Origin: Bacteroidetes bacterium UBA7692
Lineage (GTDB): Bacteria; Bacteroidota; Bacteroidia; Chitinophagales; LD1
Reading direction: 5' to 3'
Assembly: GCA_002482725.1 (NCBI GenBank)
Contig: DLGO01000067.1
Span: 1 to 40,213 of the forward strand
Length of the DNA stretch: 40,213 bases
Below the pieces are notes generated by a model. That model worked only from the letters and a program-made list of their open reading frames with translations. It was not told the DNA's origin and ran no database searches. Every line of letters begins with the position of its first letter. Position 1 is the stretch's first letter. The translations under genes were made by a program, and so were the position numbers. Below are positions 27,996-36,932 of this stretch, one piece after another.

Positions 27996-28622
27996 ATGAA
28001 ATATATAGCTGCTTTATGTTCCCTGGTATTGTTATCGTTTTTTGCAGGTGCGCAAACATTTGAATCCAAGGATTTTGCGGAGCGCACTGCCAGCCATAAG
28101 ATAGTTGCTATATTGCCTGTGGCTTATAAGGTAAGTGATTACAGCCTTATTGAGGATTTGACGGAGGTGGAAATAAAGGAAAGTGAAAAGAAGAGCGCAC
28201 AGGAACTGCAGCGATCTATGTATAGCTATCTGCTAAATAAGGCGAAGCACTTTTCGGTAGAATTTCAGGATGTGAACAAAACGAATTTGTTACTAAAAAA
28301 GGCAGGTGTAAATGCCGATAGCCTTGCAAATTACCTGCCGGAGGAGCTTGCGAAGATACTTCAGGTAGATGGGGTGATAATTGCTGATATAAGAACGGAC
28401 CATTTGATGGATAGGGAAATAGCTATGGCCGCTGCATATTTAGGGGGAGTGGGTATGAGAACCAATGAAAGCGAAGCTTTTGTAGCCTTGTATGATGGCA
28501 AAGATGGTAAACTCATATGGAAATACTCAAAGGAGGCTAATGGATGGGTAGGCGCTACTGCAGATGATACCGTTGATAAACTTATGCGCAAGCTGGCAAG
28601 AAAGTTTCCATATACGAAATAG
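27996..28622 (+). CDS. hypothetical secreted protein (208 aa)
   Basis: Signal peptide MKYIAALCSLVLLSFFAGAQT. No recognisable motif. It is the last gene in the same-strand glycan block. Confidence 0.55.
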   Translation: MKYIAALCSLVLLSFFAGAQTFESKDFAERTASHKIVAILPVAYKVSDYSLIEDLTEVEIKESEKKSAQELQRSMYSYLLNKAKHFSVEFQDVNKTNLLLKKAGVNADSLANYLPEELAKILQVDGVIIADIRTDHLMDREIAMAAAYLGGVGMRTNESEAFVALYDGKDGKLIWKYSKEANGWVGATADDTVDKLMRKLARKFPYTK

Positions 28623-28781
28623 AATTTATTCGGCGCATTGCTCCTGAAGCGATTTAATCATTGAAATAGGAACTCAAAAAATGATGGCGAAAGTTTACTA
28701 ATTAACAGCCTTTCGTTTATGTTTTGTGCGGTATGGGTTATTATTGCAGTTCGATAATAATCAGATTTCAGGGAGCAACGG

Positions 28782-29192
28782 ATGATTTACCTTACAAGAA
28801 AAGAGCATTTTAACGCAGCGCACAGGCTGTACAATCCAAAATTTACAGAGCAGCAAAACCTGGGAGTATTTGGCAAATGCGCCAATTATAATTTTCACGG
28901 GCATAACTTTGACCTGTTTGTAACAGTAAAGGGTACACCTAATCCTGATACGGGATTTGTGATGAATGCCCAGACCCTGAGCAAACTTATGAAGAAAGAA
29001 GTGGTGGAAAGACTGGACCATAAAAACCTGAACCTGGATGTACCTGAGTTTGAAAACAAGATGGTGAGCACAGAGATAGTGGTACAGCAGATATGGAACT
29101 GGCTGGAAACAAAGATAAATGCGCACGGTTGCTACCTGCACTGTGTGAAGCTGTATGAAACAGAGAATATTTATGTAGAGTATTTCGGGTAA
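28782..29192 (+). CDS. 6-pyruvoyl-tetrahydropterin synthase / QueD-like (PTPS family)
   Basis: MIYLTRKEHFNAAHRLY...CANYNFHGHNF...EIVVQQIWNWL carries the PTPS Cys/His zinc-site motifs. 136 aa. Confidence 0.8.
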   Translation: MIYLTRKEHFNAAHRLYNPKFTEQQNLGVFGKCANYNFHGHNFDLFVTVKGTPNPDTGFVMNAQTLSKLMKKEVVERLDHKNLNLDVPEFENKMVSTEIVVQQIWNWLETKINAHGCYLHCVKLYETENIYVEYFG

Positions 29193-29224
29193 ATAATCCT
29201 AAACGCAAATAACCCTGAAGGCCC

Positions 29225-31219
29225 TTGACCAACACCACTAATTCCCTATCGCTTGAAGCTGCTTCACTCCGGTTAGGAGCCGCAGCTTTAGCACTTATGC
29301 CATTTGTGACATGGGCCGGTTGCCAGGATGCTACCCTGCTACCCAGATGGTTTTTTTGCGCCGTTGTTTTTTCTCTTTCTACCTGTCTATTGCTAATTAG
29401 CAATGAGGATGCTAAGATAAATGTAAGCAGAATTGGCCTCTTGGGTTTGGCAGGCTTAGCTACGCTGGCTGTTATAAGCATTTCTTATGCTGCGGTATTG
29501 CCCGAGGCGGTAAAAACCAGCCTGAACCAGCTTACTATGGTTGTAGTATTTTTATGTCTCTCTCTTTTATCAAAGCAAAAGGATGGGCTTTATTACCTGT
29601 CATTTGGTGTAGTACTGGCCACTATTATTATAGAAATAGTGGGGATAGGGCAATTGCTGAATGTGCAGGAGGTGGGCAGTAGTAGAAACGATTTGTATAC
29701 TGTAACAGGCTGGATGGGGCACCGGAATTTATATGCAGCTGCGCTTCTTATATCCATACCATTTCATTTAAACCTTTTGTCTAAAAGCAAAGCAATCGTT
29801 AGGGTTATTCTTGTTTCCAATATTGTAATGGTATGCACCATCATAGTATTTCTCGGCTGCAGGTCGGTCTGGCTCGCGTTAACGGGAGGGATGTTATTTT
29901 TTGCAGCAATAATTGCCTTTGGCACAGTTAAGAGCAACCGGAAATATGTCATTGGATTCTTTGTTGCAGCCTTATTATCTTTAGCTGTAGTTGTTTGCTT
30001 AGTCAGGATTTTTGCGGGTGATTTGCTTGGGGTAGGGGCAAGGATCGATTCCCTTATGAACATAGGCCAGGCTAATAATGTACATACATCTACCATTTCT
30101 GAGCGGCTTGCATTATGGCATAGTACATTACTTCTTATCAAGGACCACTTTTGGGCCGGGGTGGGAGCGGGGCAGTGGCAGTTTTTATTTGGGCAGTATG
30201 GTTTGGCCGGAACACGTGCAGAGCAGGGTTTGGTCACTTTTCAACGCCCCCACAACGACTTCCTGTGGTACTTTGCAGAGCAGGGTATTGTGGGCGTTCT
30301 GTTATACTCGGGTTTATTGGGTGCCGCTATCTACAAGGGTGCCGCCGCGTACCTGAAAACAAAAGATGTGACATTTGCTTTTGCTGCTATGGGAGTGGTC
30401 TTTTATTCCATCTTTTCTTTTTTTGATTTTCCCAGAGAGCGCACATATCATTCCATTTTACTTGTACTTCTTTTAGCCATATCTCTAAGGACCGATAGCG
30501 GCTTCAGAGTAAATACCGGCAAACCTTTTATAACTGTATTTGCTGTATTGGCAGCTGTTATAATATTTGGCTACTACAGGATCATAGGACAGGATACCCA
30601 ATTCAGGCGAGGGTTAATACAAAGAGCAATTGGCGATAAGGAGGCGATGCACTATGCCATGGACAAAGCGAAATCAAAGTGGTTTTTTACCACAGATGCT
30701 ACCAGCACCTCACCTGACTTTTACATCGGAGAGGCCTTTTCCAGGGCAGGTAATCACAAAGAAGCAATAGTAAGGTACGAAGCGGCACTAAGGTATACAC
30801 CCAATCATGTTGCTACATTGAACAATGCCGCTGCTGAATATTATTATACAGGGGATTCTGCCACTGCCGAGAAATACTGGAAAAAGATTTTAGCTATAGC
30901 TCCGGCTTCGCTGGATGCTAACCTGAATATGGCGGCAAAGGCTTATGGTAAAGGCGATACAAAATCGGCTTTTGCCTATTTGTATGCGGCGGAAAACGGG
31001 AGGGTAAATGCGCGTTATATCAATTTTGTGCAGGTAATCGGCACCGACTACCTGAATAAATACCTGAATGATACAACTGGTAAACGCAAGATAGCCGCTA
31101 TGGGTATTGTATCGGATATAGATTGGTTTTTATCTGTGCGGGAACATGCCAAAATCTCAAATCAATCCTTTACAGACCAGGTGAATGAGGAAATACTGTT
31201 CCTTATGTCAAAAAAATGA
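29225..31219 (+). CDS. O-antigen ligase/polymerase (Wzy_C)-family polytopic membrane protein with C-terminal TPR domain
   Basis: About 10-12 TM segments. The HNDFLWYFAEQGIVGVLLY O-antigen-ligase motif is followed by a soluble C-terminal TPR-like segment. The ORF opens with TTG at 29225; an in-frame ATG at 29297 (MPFVTWAG) is a plausible true start. Confidence 0.65.
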   Translation: MTNTTNSLSLEAASLRLGAAALALMPFVTWAGCQDATLLPRWFFCAVVFSLSTCLLLISNEDAKINVSRIGLLGLAGLATLAVISISYAAVLPEAVKTSLNQLTMVVVFLCLSLLSKQKDGLYYLSFGVVLATIIIEIVGIGQLLNVQEVGSSRNDLYTVTGWMGHRNLYAAALLISIPFHLNLLSKSKAIVRVILVSNIVMVCTIIVFLGCRSVWLALTGGMLFFAAIIAFGTVKSNRKYVIGFFVAALLSLAVVVCLVRIFAGDLLGVGARIDSLMNIGQANNVHTSTISERLALWHSTLLLIKDHFWAGVGAGQWQFLFGQYGLAGTRAEQGLVTFQRPHNDFLWYFAEQGIVGVLLYSGLLGAAIYKGAAAYLKTKDVTFAFAAMGVVFYSIFSFFDFPRERTYHSILLVLLLAISLRTDSGFRVNTGKPFITVFAVLAAVIIFGYYRIIGQDTQFRRGLIQRAIGDKEAMHYAMDKAKSKWFFTTDATSTSPDFYIGEAFSRAGNHKEAIVRYEAALRYTPNHVATLNNAAAEYYYTGDSATAEKYWKKILAIAPASLDANLNMAAKAYGKGDTKSAFAYLYAAENGRVNARYINFVQVIGTDYLNKYLNDTTGKRKIAAMGIVSDIDWFLSVREHAKISNQSFTDQVNEEILFLMSKK

Positions 31220-31290
31220 CAATCAAAACTTACTCGTTTTACGTGTTTTCTTTAGCAAAACCTTATTTTGCGCGCTAATTAATAAAACAC

Positions 31291-33309
31291 ATGAAAAAAA
31301 CTCTATTACTCTTTATATGCCTTTTGGCATGTAGCTTTTCTAATTATATCACTGCAGCAGGAATATCAGGTCTCGCCCCTTCAACAGGTTTGCGCGGTCA
31401 GGATTTAACTGTGATGATAAGCGCAACAGGCGTTAATTTTCAGCAAGGCAGTGGTACTGCCGGTGTTTGGTTCAGTCAGGGCTCTGAGACTATTAATGCT
31501 TATAACGTAGATGTTATCAGCGCTACGCAGTTGGCAGCATCTTTTGACTTATCTTATCATACATGCGGTGCTTATTCTACCAATGTATACACTAACTCCA
31601 CAGGCACATTTACCTCTCCGGGCTCGTTTACAGTGAACTGCTCCAACGGACAACTCTCAAGCGTATCGCCATCTACTGTATATCGTGGCAGCACTGTGCA
31701 GGTAGAAATTACAGGAACAGGCACGCATTTCGATCTGGTTTCAGGTAGCAGTACCCTGAATGTAAATTTTACTCAGGGTAGTTCTACTATTTATCCTTTT
31801 TCAATAAACAGCGCCTCTGCTACAAAAATCATTGCAGAGATATTTGTTGATTCATGGAGCAACTGTGGTGCATATAGTACCAATGTATATAGTGGTATAG
31901 ACGGAACTTTGGTTTTGCCCAATAGCCTGACTGTAGATTGCAATACGGCTACTATATCCGGCGCCATATACCTGGATAAGAACAAAAACGGCACAAGGGA
32001 TAACGGCGAGCCGGGCATACCAAATCAGCAGGTAGTGCTCGACCCCCAAACTGCAGGTGCCCCAAACATTATAGTATTTACTAATTACTTTGGCTATTAC
32101 GAAGCAATAGGTGGATACGATAACTACCTGGTTACTACTATCCCATCTGTAAGCAACTATACTATACAAGGCACTTCGCAATATACCATAGTAGCAAATG
32201 CAGGTAATCCTCTCGCTGAGTTTAATGATTTTGCCTACTCAGCTACATCTCCGGTTCATGATGCAGCTATTGACCTGCAGGCTTCAACTGCCGTTGCAGG
32301 CTTTAGCCAGCACTATTGGTTAACCTATTTCAATAATGGCAGCGAAACAGAAAATGCCACCATAAGCTTTACTGCGCCAAATGGATTTACCTATCTATCC
32401 AGCTATCCGCAGTATACTACTAAGTCAGGGAATATATACAGCTGGACCGTTAATGGCCTGGATCCGTTTGAATTGGATTTTATCCGCCTGGAGTTAAAGG
32501 TTCCGGTATCTTCTTTCGGAGAAACAATACAGCCTGTGGCATCGATACAAATAGCTACTACAGATATCAATACAGCCGATAATAATGATACACTGGAAAG
32601 TGTGGTAGTAGGCTCTTATGACCCAAATGATAAACAAGTGAAACCTGCGGGAGTACAGTCAAGCAATTACATTCTGATGAATGAGCAATTGCAGTATACC
32701 ATCAGGTTCCAGAATACAGGTACATATTATGCAACCTATGTAAGGGTAGAAGATGTATTGGATGCAAAATTAGATTTCAAAACTTTTAAATTTGCATCGA
32801 GCAGCCATACCTGTACTTATACTTTTGATGAGAAGACCCGCAAGCTGGTATTCTATTTCAATAATATTAACCTGCCGGACAGCACTACTGATCTGGAAGG
32901 TAGCCAGGGCTTTGTGAGCTTCTCTATCAATCCGGTGGCTAACCTGCCTGAAAAATCCAAAGTCAACAATACTGCAGATATCTATTTCGACTTTAACCCT
33001 GCGGTGGTTACCAATACTGTGATGAATACTTACGTAACAGAAATTCCGGTAGGTATACATGAGGTGAAACCAGGATTGGATTTCACCATCAAAACTATAG
33101 ATGCCTCTAAAGGAAGGTTTGAGGTAGCATTTGATGCTGTAGGCGAGTCGTCGCTTGTAGTACAATCTATTGATGGTAAGGTAGTATTCAACGCTAAATC
33201 ATACAAATCGGGTTCCCTGATTACTCTTGAAGGCAATGCAGCAGGCCTGTATTTGTTCAAGCTTACTTCAAATAATAAGTCTGCGGTTAAGAAAGTAATC
33301 AAGAATTAA
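31291..33309 (+). CDS. large secreted adhesin-like protein with internal duplicated Ig-like modules, DUF11-type conserved repeat domain and T9SS C-terminal sorting domain
   Basis: Signal peptide MKKTLLLFICLLACSF. Two ~100-aa duplicated modules are present. The DUF11-like block is YDPNDK...YTIRFQNTGTYYATYVRVEDVLDAKLD...NLPDS...SQGFVSFSINP. The C-terminal GLYLFKLTSNNKSAVKKVIKN is CTD-like. Confidence 0.75.
   Translation: MKKTLLLFICLLACSFSNYITAAGISGLAPSTGLRGQDLTVMISATGVNFQQGSGTAGVWFSQGSETINAYNVDVISATQLAASFDLSYHTCGAYSTNVYTNSTGTFTSPGSFTVNCSNGQLSSVSPSTVYRGSTVQVEITGTGTHFDLVSGSSTLNVNFTQGSSTIYPFSINSASATKIIAEIFVDSWSNCGAYSTNVYSGIDGTLVLPNSLTVDCNTATISGAIYLDKNKNGTRDNGEPGIPNQQVVLDPQTAGAPNIIVFTNYFGYYEAIGGYDNYLVTTIPSVSNYTIQGTSQYTIVANAGNPLAEFNDFAYSATSPVHDAAIDLQASTAVAGFSQHYWLTYFNNGSETENATISFTAPNGFTYLSSYPQYTTKSGNIYSWTVNGLDPFELDFIRLELKVPVSSFGETIQPVASIQIATTDINTADNNDTLESVVVGSYDPNDKQVKPAGVQSSNYILMNEQLQYTIRFQNTGTYYATYVRVEDVLDAKLDFKTFKFASSSHTCTYTFDEKTRKLVFYFNNINLPDSTTDLEGSQGFVSFSINPVANLPEKSKVNNTADIYFDFNPAVVTNTVMNTYVTEIPVGIHEVKPGLDFTIKTIDASKGRFEVAFDAVGESSLVVQSIDGKVVFNAKSYKSGSLITLEGNAAGLYLFKLTSNNKSAVKKVIKN
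31369..31941 (+). repeat. ~300-nt in-frame duplication (two ~100-aa modules) inside CDS 31291..33309
   Basis: Module 1 ends ...SFDLSYHTCGAYSTNVYTNSTGTFTSPGSFTVNCSNG. Module 2 ends ...FVDSWSNCGAYSTNVYSGIDGTLVLPNSLTVDCN. The DNA is partially identical, for example CCAATGTATA at 31577 and 31877. Confidence 0.45.
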
Positions 33310-33335
33310 GCACGATAAACATTATAATCAGAAAG

Positions 33336-33368
33336 AGGGGCCGGAATTAATTTTCCGGCCCCTTTTTG
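33336..33368 (+). terminator. rho-independent terminator after 31291..33309
   Basis: AGGGGCCGGAA-ttaatt-TTCCGGCCCCT followed by TTTTTG. A 10-11-bp GC-rich stem. Confidence 0.65.
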
Positions 33369-33453
33369 TTTATTAAGAGATGGTGCCGGAAGAATGAGGT
33401 AAAATTAACACTACTGCTATGTAATAGTGTCTGAGGAAGAAACTTAGCATGCG

Positions 33454-33461
33454 TATATTTG
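33454..33461 (+). promoter_or_regulatory. candidate -7 element (TAtaTTTG) for the desaturase gene
   Basis: Perfect TAnnTTTG 28 nt upstream of the GTG start at 33490. Confidence 0.3.
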
Positions 33462-33489
33462 CATTGAGTTAAACAGAAAACAAAAGCAA

Positions 33490-34539
33490 GTGAGTTCATT
33501 CAACAAAGAGCAGGTATTAGAGGACCTGAAAAACTGGAATACAATACTTAAAAAGTACCAGAGGCCAAGCACAAAAGATGCCATGATACAGGTGGCCAAC
33601 AGTTTCACATTTTATCTGGCATTACTGGTGTTGCAGTTTTATTTGTATGATAAATCGTTTTGGCTTTCAGCTGCGGTAGCTATACTTAATGGTTTTATCC
33701 TGGGGCGCATATTCATTATACAGCACGACTGCGGGCATAGGTCCTTTACCAAACACCAGACGCTGAATGATATAATAGGTACTATTTGCAGTATCTGCAC
33801 GGTGATACCCTACCAATACTGGGCAAGGTCGCACAGCTTTCACCATGCGCACAACGGACAGCTGGAGTATAGTGATATAGGCGATATAGAATGCCTGACG
33901 ACTGAGCAATATGCTCAACTGTCGCTGAAGCAAAAGATATGGTACCGTATCTACAGGAATCCATTGTACCTGTTTACTATCGGAGGTTTCATATATGTGG
34001 TAGTGTACAACCGCTTTGCTTTCCTGAAAACGGACTACTTTAAAAATGTAAGGAAATCGGTTTTGTTCAGCAACATAGGCTTTGTGGCATTGTATGCTGC
34101 CTTTGCTTACTTCATAGGTGTGGACAGGTTCCTGGTGGTACAGTTCGTTAACCTGTTATTCTTCGGCACGTATGCTTTGTGGTTCTTCTACATACAGCAC
34201 CAGTACGAGCATATTTACAAAAGCGGAAAAGATAACTGGAACTATGTATTATCTGCCATTAAAGGTAGTACCTATTACAAGCTGCCTACAGTGGGCCATT
34301 GGTTAACCGGTAACATCGGCTACCACCACATACATCACCTTTGCCCTACCATACCTAACTATAACCTGCCGAAAGTGCACAGGGAAAATCCTATTTTCGA
34401 GAAGCATGTAAACACCATCAACTTTTGGCAGAGCCTGAAAACGGTGAATGCCAATCTGTATGATAATGTAACCGGCAAAATGGTATCGTTTGGCCAATAC
34501 AAGAAAATGAAAAAGCGCCTGCAACAGGACGCTAAATAA
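33490..34539 (+). CDS. membrane fatty-acid desaturase (three-His-box di-iron enzyme)
   Basis: His boxes HDCGHRSF, HSFHHAH and HHIHHLCP are present, with four hydrophobic spans. GTG start; an alternative in-frame ATG lies at 33583. Confidence 0.85.
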   Translation: MSSFNKEQVLEDLKNWNTILKKYQRPSTKDAMIQVANSFTFYLALLVLQFYLYDKSFWLSAAVAILNGFILGRIFIIQHDCGHRSFTKHQTLNDIIGTICSICTVIPYQYWARSHSFHHAHNGQLEYSDIGDIECLTTEQYAQLSLKQKIWYRIYRNPLYLFTIGGFIYVVVYNRFAFLKTDYFKNVRKSVLFSNIGFVALYAAFAYFIGVDRFLVVQFVNLLFFGTYALWFFYIQHQYEHIYKSGKDNWNYVLSAIKGSTYYKLPTVGHWLTGNIGYHHIHHLCPTIPNYNLPKVHRENPIFEKHVNTINFWQSLKTVNANLYDNVTGKMVSFGQYKKMKKRLQQDAK

Positions 34540-35556
34540 TTACTTGTTCTGCTCGTAAGCCTTCAGCGCCACCTGGTGCCTGCGGCGAATATGGCCGACC
34601 ATGCGGCTGGGGCTAAGCACCTGTAGTATTTCGCCGTAGCCAAGTATTTCGCGCTCCAGTTCAAAGTTCCATACCACCTCTATGGAGAATACAGTGCCAT
34701 CCCTGTCCTGACGGATAATCTGCTGTGAACTGTGCATGGGCTTGGTGATGATATACTGCTCATGCTCCTTTACTATCTGCATTACTATGGTGTAAGGCTT
34801 CTGATTGGGCATTTTAGAAACGCCAATGGCATCGTCGTAGTAAGTGCTTACATCAAAATCCGGTGCCAGGTACTGCTCGTTGGGAAGCTCTTCCAATTTA
34901 ACTATCCTGTCAAGGGCCAGGTTCAGAAGGGAGTTGTTCTTTTGGTTTTTACCCAACATAAACCAGCGGTTTCGGTATTCCTTCAGCATATAGGCATGAA
35001 AAATGATGTCGGATTCGTTGCGCGCTTTAAATGACTTATAATTTACCCGAAGCACCATTTCGCGCATGATGGCCTTGTGTATGGGGTCTATATGCTCCAG
35101 ACCTTTTAATCTTTCGTTTTTTTCAAAGTCTATGTAAGATGCTCCCTTGTTCTGCTGGCGAAAGAGCTGGTCTTCCAGTTTTGTAACCATGCCTGCCAGG
35201 TCGTCGAAGTAGCTGAAGCCCTTGAATTGCTTTAGCACACCTACCACCTGATTGAGTGTATCCATATCCTGATTGGACAGTGGTATATTGGTGATGCTGT
35301 AGTCCTTGCGCTCATAGGCATAGTATTTCTTTTCCAGCACTACTATAGGTGCGCTGTAGCCGAGCTTGTTGCTGCGCATGTTCTGAATATCCAGCTGAAT
35401 GGCGCGCTTGCTGATGCCGCGCCGTATGCCTTCGTATTCATATAGTGCATCTGAACATGCCAGTATTAGGTCGTCCAGCGTCCACTTGCGGTAGTGGTTT
35501 TGCAGGCAGTGGTCTATGGTCTTGTAGCGTATGAGTGCGAGCTTATTTACTGCCAC
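34540..35556 (-). CDS. WYL-domain transcriptional regulator (N-terminal HTH + WYL + C-terminal extension; BrxR/CapW/PafBC-like architecture)
   Basis: The N-terminus KLALIRYKTIDHCLQ...WTLDDLILA...ISKRAIQLDIQNM is HTH-like. The central WYL-like block is DIIFHAYMLKEYRNRWFMLGKN. 338 aa, GTG start. Its stop codon abuts the desaturase stop with no gap. Confidence 0.55.
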   Translation of the reverse strand: MAVNKLALIRYKTIDHCLQNHYRKWTLDDLILACSDALYEYEGIRRGISKRAIQLDIQNMRSNKLGYSAPIVVLEKKYYAYERKDYSITNIPLSNQDMDTLNQVVGVLKQFKGFSYFDDLAGMVTKLEDQLFRQQNKGASYIDFEKNERLKGLEHIDPIHKAIMREMVLRVNYKSFKARNESDIIFHAYMLKEYRNRWFMLGKNQKNNSLLNLALDRIVKLEELPNEQYLAPDFDVSTYYDDAIGVSKMPNQKPYTIVMQIVKEHEQYIITKPMHSSQQIIRQDRDGTVFSIEVVWNFELEREILGYGEILQVLSPSRMVGHIRRRHQVALKAYEQNK

Positions 35557-35713
35557 GGGGGTGTTTGTTTTGAGATAAATGTAAGAAAAAGGATGAACTG
35601 CGCAGGGTTGTTGCGTAGATAAGTGAAAGCCGATAGCTGTTGGATATTTGGTATATGATGGCTATTTTGTATCTCTGAAAACCGGGAATTCAACTATTAT
35701 TAAAAGACATACA

Positions 35714-36853
35714 ATGAAGGGGACATATATAACATTAGCGCTGGCTCTGTTACTGGTAAGCTGCGGTAGTAGTGGCAAGGAACAAAAGGAAGGTGGCGCA
35801 GAAGGTACTGTAGTAGCACAAACTGAAGAAGCAGGTAATGCAGGAGCGCAGGGAGGAGCAAAGCCAACAGGCAATTGGGAAAAGCTGATCATGAAACAGT
35901 TTAAAGGGTCGAAGGGCGAAGTAATTGCAGAGGTGCCTTATCCATCATCCTGGCAGTTGGTGAACAGGACAAAGCAAAGCGACCCAACCATAACAGGACC
36001 TGATGGATTGAAGATAATGGACTTTCCGCTGAAGAGCTTTATGTACTCATACGACCAAAGCCTGCAGCAATCGTACTACCAAAGTGGCATGCAAATGCGC
36101 CCGATGCCGGGTGTGCAGGAGCTGATACAACAGGATATAGAACCATGGGGTGCCAGTCAGGGCTTACAGTTTGTAAAGTCGTACGAACTGCCCGATGTAG
36201 CCAAGGTAGATAAGTGGTACAGCGACCAGCTGCTTAGGGCGATGCCGACCGAAACACAGACAGTAGCAATTGGCACTGAATGGAAGAAGAGCGATGGCTC
36301 ACCCTACTTTGCCGTGATACGCCTTAACGTAAGCAACGGAGGCAATATGCAAAACTGGTACTACATGACAACGGGACTGGAAGCAGCAGCGGGATCGTTT
36401 GAAAAGGCCAGGAAGCAATTGATATTCAGCCTGGAGAATACGCGCTATGCCCTGGAGCCAATCATGGAATACAATAAACAGGAGGCGCAAAGGATAGGGC
36501 AGAGCTGGGCGGCCTTTAACCAACGCATGGCGCGGAACCAGGCCAACTTTGAAGCAAGCCAGCGCGCGCATGTAAACAAGAGCAATGCCATAAATGATGC
36601 CATAATGAGCAACTACCGCTCGCGCGATGCCGCCAGCGACCACAACCAGGAGCAGTTTGTAGATATGATAAATGAGAAGACCAATACGGTAGACCCAAGC
36701 ACGGGGCAGAAGTACAAAGTAAACAGCCACTACAACCAATACTGGATGAACAGCGATGGGGAGTATATAAGCACCAACCAGAATGACTATAACCCAAATC
36801 TGGATGAGAATATGAATAACCAGAAGTGGCAGCAGTTGAAGCAGGTGAAGTAG
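35714..36853 (+). CDS. lipoprotein of unknown function (380 aa mature), Gln/Asn-rich C-terminal half
   Basis: MKGTYITLALALLLVSC lipobox, then a low-complexity linker GSSGKEQKEGGAEGT. Start at ATG 35714 to give the signal peptide. The antisense ORFs 36299..36877 and 36516..36902 are rejected. Confidence 0.65.
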   Translation: MKGTYITLALALLLVSCGSSGKEQKEGGAEGTVVAQTEEAGNAGAQGGAKPTGNWEKLIMKQFKGSKGEVIAEVPYPSSWQLVNRTKQSDPTITGPDGLKIMDFPLKSFMYSYDQSLQQSYYQSGMQMRPMPGVQELIQQDIEPWGASQGLQFVKSYELPDVAKVDKWYSDQLLRAMPTETQTVAIGTEWKKSDGSPYFAVIRLNVSNGGNMQNWYYMTTGLEAAAGSFEKARKQLIFSLENTRYALEPIMEYNKQEAQRIGQSWAAFNQRMARNQANFEASQRAHVNKSNAINDAIMSNYRSRDAASDHNQEQFVDMINEKTNTVDPSTGQKYKVNSHYNQYWMNSDGEYISTNQNDYNPNLDENMNNQKWQQLKQVK

Positions 36854-36932
36854 CTTTTTCGCTGAAGTATGAGTCAATAACCTTGAAAGGCTTGGCAGAC
36901 AAAGGATTTGGCCGATATAGTTTTTTTTAGCC

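Noticed and set aside
36299-36902. ORFs 36299..36877(-) and 36516..36902(-), 192 and 128 aa
   Set aside because: They lie entirely antisense to the lipoprotein CDS 35714..36853 and have low-complexity Leu/Val/His/Pro-rich translations typical of the antisense of a Q/N-rich gene. No motifs are present.
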